59,105 bases of DNA from an uncultured bacterium (GTDB taxonomy: Bacteria; Methylomirabilota; Methylomirabilia; Methylomirabilales; JACQHM01): the NCBI GenBank assembly GCA_964535215.1, contig CAZHST010000014.1, positions 13,297 through 72,401 of the forward strand, in the 5' to 3' direction. The notes below the pieces were generated by a model that had not been told where the DNA came from, did not search any database, and saw only the letters and a program-made list of their open reading frames with translations. Position 1 is the stretch's first letter. Each line of letters opens with the position of its first letter. A program made the position numbers and the translations under genes. This document shows positions 30,118-37,203 of this stretch, one piece after another.

Positions 30118-31149
30118 CTAGAAACGATAGTCCAGGTTTGTGAAGATGGTGACGTCGGCATCAGCCCCTGGGCTGTTGAAGACATCCTCGGCGGCCCCCA
30201 CCTGCCAGGAAAGGTCTCTGGCGAGCCTGACGTTCAGGCCGAGGACCACTTCCAGGAGCTCCCGATCGAAGATCTTGTTCCCCACGTTCCTGAAGGGCCT
30301 CGTCGCCGCGTCCAGTTGGAGGACGGCCGAGAGCCGGGGGGAGAAGCGGTACTCGACGGCGATGGCCCCGGAGAAGAAGGGACCAAAGTCCAGACCGGAG
30401 AACCTTTCAGGTTTGAAAGGGACCACAAGGCTCCCGTTGACGTAGAGGATGAAGGGCCCCACCCCTTTTTCCACGATCACGCCAAAACCTAGGTCAGGCT
30501 CGCCGCTACTGAAGGCCAGGTCGGGATCCCCTGTCGGGATCTTGATCCCCACCCGGGCTGTCACCGCCGGGAGGTACCTCTGCTCCTGGAGGATCTCCCC
30601 TTTCACCCGGAGGACGAGGTCACCGGGGCTTAGAACATGGTCGTTCTTGTCGAAGAGGGAGACGCCATCTTTCCGGATATCAAATGTCACGGTGAAGTCG
30701 GGGAACTCTTCTCTGCGGCGCCTGAGCTTGGCCTCCGCGCCGAAGGCCCGCTCGACACCCCTGATGATCTGATCCAGGAAGCCCCCGGAGATGTAGTAAA
30801 AGGGAACCTCCAAACCGACTTCGAACCTGTGGCCAAGGCCGTAGGCCACGTTCAGATCGATCCTCGTCATCTCCAGGTCGAGGGTGGCATCGATCCCCCC
30901 TCCCTTCTTTTGAAGGAGGACATTGGTCTGGGAGAGGGCCAGCCGGACATCCCCTTTCCCCTTTGGGAGGACCGTTGCCTGTTCCGCGTCGAAGCCAAGG
31001 AACAGGAGCTGAAGGGGCTGTTGGTTCCTAATCGCCAGGGGACCGGCACGGACCCCGGACTCCTGAACGTCGTCGGTAAAGCCAGCGGTCGATGTGGCAA
31101 GCAGGAAAGTAAGGACCCAGGGGAACGCTGTCCAAAAACGTTTGGGCAT
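30118..31149 (-). CDS. putative outer-membrane beta-barrel protein (secreted)
   Basis: Signal peptide MPKRFWTAFPWVLTFLLATSTAG, alternating amphipathic strands, C-terminal ...NLDYRF aromatic terminus. Start placed at the Met preceding the signal peptide. Confidence 0.5.
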   Translation of the reverse strand: MPKRFWTAFPWVLTFLLATSTAGFTDDVQESGVRAGPLAIRNQQPLQLLFLGFDAEQATVLPKGKGDVRLALSQTNVLLQKKGGGIDATLDLEMTRIDLNVAYGLGHRFEVGLEVPFYYISGGFLDQIIRGVERAFGAEAKLRRRREEFPDFTVTFDIRKDGVSLFDKNDHVLSPGDLVLRVKGEILQEQRYLPAVTARVGIKIPTGDPDLAFSSGEPDLGFGVIVEKGVGPFILYVNGSLVVPFKPERFSGLDFGPFFSGAIAVEYRFSPRLSAVLQLDAATRPFRNVGNKIFDRELLEVVLGLNVRLARDLSWQVGAAEDVFNSPGADADVTIFTNLDYRF

Positions 31150-31157
31150 CTTGCACC

Positions 31158-32156
31158 TTAGGACATGTTCCAGCGGATCATGGTCCACAGATCCTTCCAA
31201 CTCTTCCCCAGGGCTCGGACGGCCGAGGCCTCGAAGCCGGAATGCATCATGCAGTTCTGGCAGCGCCGATCCCTTCGGGACTCCCAATAATCCCAATCAA
31301 CTCCCCGCCAGAACTCCTCCCAGGTTTTAAAGTATTTCTCCCCGATCAGGTAGCAGGGTCCCTTCCAGCCCAGAGGGGTATAGGTGACGGTGCTCCACGG
31401 GGAACAGGGATAGTCGCGCAGGCCGGCGGCGAACTCGAGGAACATCGGGGTGGAGGTCAACCGGTATCGCTTGGACAAGTCCAGCACCTGCCTGAACTTT
31501 CGATGGATGTCCTGGCGGGTCAGGAAGATGTTCCGATCTACGGACTCGTAATGGTAACCCGGGGAGATCAGCATCCCGTCCACCCTCAGGTCGTGGAGCA
31601 GCTCGCAGAGCTTCTCTACCTCGTTGATATCGGTCTCCTTAAAGACCGTGGTGTTGGTCATCACGTGATAGCCGAGACGCTTCCCTTCCCTGATCATGGC
31701 GATGGCTTTCTCAAAAACCCCATCCCGATCGCAGACGTAGTCGTGGGTGTGTTTCAGCCCATCCAGATGGACGTTGATGGTCAGTCTCTTGTGAGGGGGG
31801 ATGACGCCATAGACCTTCTTGTCAAGCAGGAGACCGTTGGTGCACAGGTAGATGTGCCGCTTCCTGGCGATGATTCCTGCGATTAACTCCCTTAGCTCCG
31901 GGTAGATGGTCGGCTCACCGCCGCAAATGGAAACGGCGGGTGCTCCGCACTCGTCTACCGCCTTGAGGCATTGCTCAACCGTTAACCGGTCTTCCAGCTT
32001 CCCCGTATGCCGCTCCAGCGCACAGCCCAGGCAGGCCAGGTTGCAGGTGTAGAGCGGTTCAAGCATTAAGACGAAGGGATAGCGTCGGTTACCTTTCAAC
32101 AGGTTTCGGATCTGGTGCTTCACCATACCCGTGGTGATATGCAGTGGAAACCGCAT
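31158..32156 (-). CDS. hpnH: hopanoid biosynthesis radical SAM protein HpnH (adenosylhopane synthase)
   Basis: RYPFVLMLEPLYTCNLACLGCA CxxxCxxC cluster followed by HTGKLE, collinear with HpnH. The start may be 48 nt further upstream (32204). Confidence 0.8.
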   Translation of the reverse strand: MRFPLHITTGMVKHQIRNLLKGNRRYPFVLMLEPLYTCNLACLGCALERHTGKLEDRLTVEQCLKAVDECGAPAVSICGGEPTIYPELRELIAGIIARKRHIYLCTNGLLLDKKVYGVIPPHKRLTINVHLDGLKHTHDYVCDRDGVFEKAIAMIREGKRLGYHVMTNTTVFKETDINEVEKLCELLHDLRVDGMLISPGYHYESVDRNIFLTRQDIHRKFRQVLDLSKRYRLTSTPMFLEFAAGLRDYPCSPWSTVTYTPLGWKGPCYLIGEKYFKTWEEFWRGVDWDYWESRRDRRCQNCMMHSGFEASAVRALGKSWKDLWTMIRWNMS

Positions 32157-32212
32157 CCCCAAGCTCCCATCCACCGCTGACGTCCGCAGGTCATCGGCAG
32201 TCAACGTCTGGT

Positions 32213-33256
32213 TTACCGGTCTTCAAGGCCTTTCGGCTCGGACCCGCCTAAGGGCCTGTTATCCCTCGTGGGGCAACCCCAGCCCCTCACCTCATAGTGG
32301 GTGAGCGCCAACAGGCCAAAGCCCACCCATAAAAGCTCCCGTCCCCTCCGGACCAGGCTGAAGGTCATCGCGGCCTCGGAGGGGAGGGAGAACGCGAGAA
32401 AGATGAGGACGTTCCCTCCTTCCTGGAGGCCAAGGCTCCCCGGGATGAAGAAGGCGGCAGCCTTGGTGAGCGTTGAAAGGGCTTCAATGGCGACGGCCGT
32501 GGAAAGCCTAACGGGTATCCCGAGGAAGGCGAGGAGGAAGTAGACTTCTAAGCTGCCGATCATCCATCCTGAGAAGAAGAAGGTAAACGAGGTCGTGAAG
32601 GACCACCGGTTCTTCAGGTAGAAATCGGCGATCATCCGATCGAGGGAGCCAAGCTCCGCCTCCCGCTTTTCCAAAGGTGGGAGCGAAAGCTTGACAGCCT
32701 TGGTGAGTTTTAAGAGGCCGGAGAAGAGGCCCCGTCGTTGGGCGAGGAGAAAGAGGGCGATGGCCGGGATCCCCGTCGCCGTTAGGGCCATCGAGGCCAC
32801 GATGAAGGGACCCCCGGCCCCCCCTGGGCGGATGGCCATGAGCAATCCTAGGACGATGAAGACCAGATGGGCCATGGCCATAATGGTCTTGGTCACCACC
32901 AGCGAGGCAAGGCCCTGGTCCTGGGGAATCCCCTGCCGGTTCAGGAGATAGGCCTTTAACGGTTCCCCCCCGAGGGAGGCCAGGGGGGTTAGGTAGTTCA
33001 GAGCCTCCCCAGCCATCCTGATGGAAAAGATCGTGGAGGCGGGGATGGAGCGGGCCTTTGTCCCCAGCACACACCTCCACCCGAGAGTGTCAAAGATATA
33101 CACCATGAGGTACGGTGTGAGGAGGATCGGCAACCTCCAGCCCAACCGTTTCAGACGGGAGAAGAGGATGCCTGGGCCTGTCTGGAAGATCAGGAAGGCA
33201 AAGAGGGCAATCCCGATGACCAGGAAGAGTAAGGTGACTTTCTTAGGGGGCCTCAT
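32213..33256 (-). CDS. HpnL-like flippase-like membrane protein (UPF0104 / lysyl-PG synthase TM-region family), copy 1
   Basis: 347 aa, about 8 TM helices. The N-terminus LLFLVIGIALFAFLIFQTGPGILFSRLKRLGWRLPILL is typical of UPF0104. First gene of the long leftward hopanoid operon. Confidence 0.6.
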   Translation of the reverse strand: MRPPKKVTLLFLVIGIALFAFLIFQTGPGILFSRLKRLGWRLPILLTPYLMVYIFDTLGWRCVLGTKARSIPASTIFSIRMAGEALNYLTPLASLGGEPLKAYLLNRQGIPQDQGLASLVVTKTIMAMAHLVFIVLGLLMAIRPGGAGGPFIVASMALTATGIPAIALFLLAQRRGLFSGLLKLTKAVKLSLPPLEKREAELGSLDRMIADFYLKNRWSFTTSFTFFFSGWMIGSLEVYFLLAFLGIPVRLSTAVAIEALSTLTKAAAFFIPGSLGLQEGGNVLIFLAFSLPSEAAMTFSLVRRGRELLWVGFGLLALTHYEVRGWGCPTRDNRPLGGSEPKGLEDR

Positions 33257-33506
33257 CCAAGAATTCCCCCCGAGGAGAGGGCCGTCGTCCCCGAAGGATC
33301 GGGGTGACAGCTCCCGTGATCTCAGAGAAGCTCCAGGGGTGCATCACCGAACACCGATTGTGGTCAATTCTTCGAGAAGTGTCAAGCGAAAAGGGCATCC
33401 GGTGGCGTTGGTCACCCCTTATATAGCATATTGATCAGCGAAGGACAAGCCGTTAAGCACCTCACCCGTAAAGGCGACGGGGAGGGACGTCGGCTGGCAT
33501 TTCCGT

Positions 33507-33535
33507 TTGACAGCTCCGCCGGGCAACGGTATCAT
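33507..33535 (+). promoter_or_regulatory. predicted sigma70-type promoter for the decarboxylase genes
   Basis: TTGACA – 17 nt – TATCAT in a roughly 300 nt intergenic region, about 30–45 nt upstream of the candidate start codons. Confidence 0.35.
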
Positions 33536-33562
33536 AGCGTTCATGGACGGGGCTTGTCGGCC

Positions 33563-34072
33563 ATGACAGGGGAAGACATGCAGGGTGGGGCAAAACGGTT
33601 CGTGGCCCTCCTGGAGGCGGCGGGCTTCAACTTCTTCACAGGGGTCCCCTGTTCCCTCCTTGAAGGCATCCTGGCCGTTCTGGAGAGACACCCCCGCCTC
33701 CCCTACATCCCTGCCGTCCGGGAGGATGCGGCGGTCGGGATGGCGAGTGGAGCGTTCCTGGCCGGGAAACGGCCGGTTGTCCTTATGCAGAATTCCGGTC
33801 TCGGCACATCCTTAAATGCCCTGGTCTCCTTGAACCTCCTCTACAAGATCCCGCTCCTCCTGGTGGTAAGCTGGCGGGGGTATCGGGGGAAGGATGCCCC
33901 TGAACACCTCATCATGGGGGATGTGTCGCCTCGACTTCTGGAGGATCTCAGCCTGCCCTACCTTGCTCTGGACGAGGAGAAGTTGGAGGACGCCCTCTCC
34001 TGGGCGAAAGGGGTGCTGGAGGGGCAGGGGCTCCCGGCAACCTTCCTCGTCCGTCCCGGGGTCTTACGATGA
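33563..34072 (+). CDS. TPP-dependent phosphonopyruvate/sulfopyruvate decarboxylase, alpha subunit (ComD/Ppd N-terminal half)
   Basis: FVALLEAAGFNFFTGVPCSLLEGIL...MQNSGLGTSLNAL is the TPP-enzyme N-terminal (pyrimidine-binding) domain. Start chosen at the internal ATG; an ATG at 33578 is also possible. Confidence 0.65.
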   Translation: MTGEDMQGGAKRFVALLEAAGFNFFTGVPCSLLEGILAVLERHPRLPYIPAVREDAAVGMASGAFLAGKRPVVLMQNSGLGTSLNALVSLNLLYKIPLLLVVSWRGYRGKDAPEHLIMGDVSPRLLEDLSLPYLALDEEKLEDALSWAKGVLEGQGLPATFLVRPGVLR

Positions 34073-34644
34073 CGAGAGCCGAGGCCATCCGACTGATCGT
34101 TTCCCACCTCACCCATGAGCTGGTTGTCCACGCCAACGGGATGATCTGTCGGGAATCCTTCACCGTCCGGGATCGGCCTGAGAATTTCTACATGATCGGG
34201 TCCATGGGGTTGGCCTCCTCCATCGCCTTGGGAGTTGCCCTCTGCCGTCCCGATCGGAGGGTGGTCATCTTCGACGGGGACGGAAACGTCCTGATGAACC
34301 TGGGAGGCGTGGCGATGGTCGGTGCCCTCCAGCCGAAGAACCTGGTCCATGTCGTCTTCGACAATGAGGCTTATGGTTCCACGGGGGGGCAGGCCAGCCT
34401 TTCCAAGCACCTCCCCCTCCAGGAGATCGCAAGGGCTTCCGGCTACCGGTGGGCCGGGCGGGTTGAGGATCAGGAGGCCCTCGTCACGACCGTTCGAAAG
34501 CTTCTCAATTCGGAAGGTCCTTCCTTCCTCCTGGTCAAGGTCTCCCTTCATGAGGAGGAGGGGATCCCGCGGGTCTCCCATCCCCCTGAGGTGATCCGTG
34601 ACCGCTTCATCGCCGCCCTTCAGGGGACCGGCGTTGGGGGTTAG
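34069..34644 (+). CDS. TPP-dependent phosphonopyruvate/sulfopyruvate decarboxylase, beta subunit (ComE/Ppd C-terminal half)
   Basis: GSMGLASSIALGVAL...VIFDGDGNVLMNLG is the TPP diphosphate-binding GDG motif. It overlaps the alpha subunit by 4 nt. Confidence 0.65.
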   Translation: MTRAEAIRLIVSHLTHELVVHANGMICRESFTVRDRPENFYMIGSMGLASSIALGVALCRPDRRVVIFDGDGNVLMNLGGVAMVGALQPKNLVHVVFDNEAYGSTGGQASLSKHLPLQEIARASGYRWAGRVEDQEALVTTVRKLLNSEGPSFLLVKVSLHEEEGIPRVSHPPEVIRDRFIAALQGTGVGG

Positions 34645-34667
34645 GTGTGTTCCCTTACGCGATCCCC

Positions 34668-35660
34668 CTATCCCACCTCTGACCTTATCCGTTTGAGGCC
34701 ATAACGGGCCAGCGTGGCGAGACCTAGGCTGACCCAGAAAAGCTCCCTGCCCCGTCTCACCAAGCTGAACGTCATCCCTGCCTCCATGGGAAGGGAGAAG
34801 CCAAGGAAGATCAGCATATTCCCCCCCTCTTGGGCTCCTAGAGCTCCTGGGATGACGAAGGCTACGGCTTTGGTGAGGACCGAGAGACCTTGGATAGCAA
34901 AGGCCGTCGGAAGGTCCACGGGCAGCTTTAGAAAGGAGAGCAGCAGGTAGACCTCCAGGCTCTGAACCATCCAACCACCCAGGTGGAACCCCCAGGAGAG
35001 GAGAAAGCTTCGGGCATCTTTGGTGTAAAAGGCGGCGATCTGACGGTCCAGGCTCCGGATCCGTTCCTCCCACCGCTGGAGCCGGGTCTTCAGGAAGGTT
35101 ACGGCTCTGGCAGGCAAGAGAAGCCAGGTGAACAGGCCCTGTCGCTGGAGCACAATCAAGAACGCCATGGCGGGGATCCAAGCGAGGATCAGCACGACTG
35201 AAAAGGTGAGGAAGGGGCTCTTTGCCCCTATCTGGTGTATGGCCAGGATGATCCCGATGACGGTGAAGGTCATCTGGGCCAGGGTCATGGCGGTCTTGGT
35301 GACGACGACAGAGGTCAGGCCCTTCTCAAGGGGGATCTCGTGGGATTTTAGCAAATACGCCTTGACCGGCTCGCCTCCAAGGGAGGCTGAGAAGGTCAGG
35401 TAGTTTACGGCCTCACCGGCCGCTCGGATAAGAAAGAGCCTTGAAAACGGGATTGATGCGCCATCCGCCAACGTCACTCTCCACCCCAGGGTAAAGAAGA
35501 AATAACCGAACGCATACGGCAGGAGGAGGAGGGTCAGCTTCCAGCCCAGGGCCCGAAGGTGGAGGGCGATGGTCAAGGGACCGACCCGGTACACGAGGAA
35601 GGCAAACAAGAGAAGGCCGAGGCTTAGCACCAAAACGTTTAGGGTCTTCGTCTTGATCAC
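34668..35660 (-). CDS. HpnL-like flippase-like membrane protein (UPF0104 family), copy 2
   Basis: Paralog of 32213-33256 with the same N-terminal pattern VLSLGLLLFAFLVYRVGPLTIALHLRALGWKL. It overlaps the upstream fusion gene by 4 nt. Confidence 0.6.
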   Translation of the reverse strand: MIKTKTLNVLVLSLGLLLFAFLVYRVGPLTIALHLRALGWKLTLLLLPYAFGYFFFTLGWRVTLADGASIPFSRLFLIRAAGEAVNYLTFSASLGGEPVKAYLLKSHEIPLEKGLTSVVVTKTAMTLAQMTFTVIGIILAIHQIGAKSPFLTFSVVLILAWIPAMAFLIVLQRQGLFTWLLLPARAVTFLKTRLQRWEERIRSLDRQIAAFYTKDARSFLLSWGFHLGGWMVQSLEVYLLLSFLKLPVDLPTAFAIQGLSVLTKAVAFVIPGALGAQEGGNMLIFLGFSLPMEAGMTFSLVRRGRELFWVSLGLATLARYGLKRIRSEVG

Positions 35661-36994
35661 GGCCTTGGTCCTTGGGCTTTCTCGGAGCGCCGACGGGCCT
35701 TAACCCTTCTCCGGAAGGCAGCGTAGAGGACGAGGGGCCAGAAGAGATTTGTCCCGATGGCCCCAACCCAGAAGAACCAGTGGATCTTGTTCACAACCGC
35801 GAGGAGGAGGAAGAGGAGGGAGAAATCCCGGTGTCTGATCGCCTCGACGATCCCCTCAAGCCTTCGATCGAGGTTTTCTGTCTCCCCGGGCCCTCCACTC
35901 CTGGTCTTGGGGCCCATCATGTGGAGGGTAAAGGCCAGACCGGAAAGGAGAGTCCCTCCTATCAACAGGATCCCGAAGGTAAGGACCTGCCAGCTGGGGG
36001 AGCGGAGGTAGACGACCCGGGTGAGACCCGCGAAGATCCCCAGATGGACGGCGTTATCCAGGATGAAGTCCAACCACCCTCCCCCTCGGCTTTCCAGGAA
36101 CTTGATCCGGGCCAGCATCCCGTCCGCTAAGTCCATCACGAAGGAAAGGACGAGGAGAAGGGCCCCTGTCAGGACGCTGGCATACCCAGCCTGCCACAGG
36201 AAGGCGGCGGCCGCTATCCCTGAGAGGAAGCTGAGGAAGGTAAGCTGGTTGGGGGTGGCTTGAGTCTCGACGAGGGCCTTCACCACCAGGGCCGCCACCT
36301 TCCGGGTCTCTCGGATCACGATGGTGTCGGTTGGCTTTCCCAAGGAGCGGTATAACGCCCTCTCGGCTTCGTCAGTCGGGAGGGAAGAGGTGTCAAAGAC
36401 GTAGGCGTATTCGTCTGGGAGGGTCAGAAGGTACTTTCGGTGGTCCTTGAAGGTCAGGAGGAGCTCTTCCCATCCCTTTGGTCCTTCCCGGTCCAGGGCT
36501 TCGGCGATGAGGCGTATGATCCGTGAGGAGACCAGGGCGATCCCGTGATGGCCTTCCGAGGCCCCCCGGGCAGGAATCAGAATGTCCAGATCCTCTTCAA
36601 AGGCGGCGTGCATCCGTTCCAGCACGACGGGGGCAAAGATCGTCCCCCCATCGAGCAGGAACACTGGGGGTCGTTCCTCTTCCAACCACTCCTCTAGGGT
36701 TCCCCCTTGGGGGTGGAGCGGAGGACAGAACCATGAGACCTGGGCCTTGATCCCGGACCTCTCCGCCAGGAGGGTCTGGAGCTTGGGGGTCTCAGGTCCC
36801 GAGAGGACAAGGAACCGGTGAACCCCCGCTCGTTGTGCCGCAAGGATGATCCTGATGAAGACAGGCACCCCGGCTAACGGGTGGAGGGCAGGGGTCCAGT
36901 CCCCTCCTGGGGGGGGAACGATCAGGGCTGAGAGGGTGATCGCTTTCATAGCGCTCTTCCCCGTTCCCGATCCACGGGGTGGGCGTTTGTTCAC
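35657..36994 (-). CDS. bifunctional nucleotidyltransferase-like / CDP-alcohol phosphatidyltransferase fusion protein
   Basis: The N-terminal roughly 230 aa is an NTP-transferase-like fold (LHPLAGVPVFIRII) with a degenerate Gly-rich loop (IVPPPGGDW). The C-terminal membrane domain carries the CDP-OH-P transferase signature DLADGMLAR...GGWLDFILDNAVH (D-G-x2-A-R...G-x3-D-x3-D). Confidence 0.65.
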   Translation of the reverse strand: MNKRPPRGSGTGKSAMKAITLSALIVPPPGGDWTPALHPLAGVPVFIRIILAAQRAGVHRFLVLSGPETPKLQTLLAERSGIKAQVSWFCPPLHPQGGTLEEWLEEERPPVFLLDGGTIFAPVVLERMHAAFEEDLDILIPARGASEGHHGIALVSSRIIRLIAEALDREGPKGWEELLLTFKDHRKYLLTLPDEYAYVFDTSSLPTDEAERALYRSLGKPTDTIVIRETRKVAALVVKALVETQATPNQLTFLSFLSGIAAAAFLWQAGYASVLTGALLLVLSFVMDLADGMLARIKFLESRGGGWLDFILDNAVHLGIFAGLTRVVYLRSPSWQVLTFGILLIGGTLLSGLAFTLHMMGPKTRSGGPGETENLDRRLEGIVEAIRHRDFSLLFLLLAVVNKIHWFFWVGAIGTNLFWPLVLYAAFRRRVKARRRSEKAQGPRP

Positions 36995-37141
36995 CAGGAA
37001 GCAAAGCTGTCATCCTTTGTATCACTGCCGGCCTGAAAAGTAAAGGAGATACCCAGGACAGGGGCTTCAGGGGTCCGGTCTGAGCTGGGGCCTTCATGGC
37101 CACCGCCTGACGCCCCTGGTCGGGGGCCACATCTAAGCCTG

Positions 37142-37170
37142 TTGCGAGAATGGGGGCGGGTTGCTACAAT
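37142..37170 (+). promoter_or_regulatory. predicted sigma70-type promoter for hpnN
   Basis: TTGCGA – 17 nt – TACAAT. AGGGGGGGAA follows, then a GTG at 37204. Confidence 0.35.
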
Positions 37171-37203
37171 CTTTTACCTGAAACGCCGTCAGGGGGGGAA
37201 ATC

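Noticed and set aside
37150-37203. ATG at 37150 as the start of the RND transporter gene
   Set aside because: That ATG lies between the -35 and -10 hexamers of a good promoter and upstream of the RBS. The GTG at 37204 is the more plausible start.
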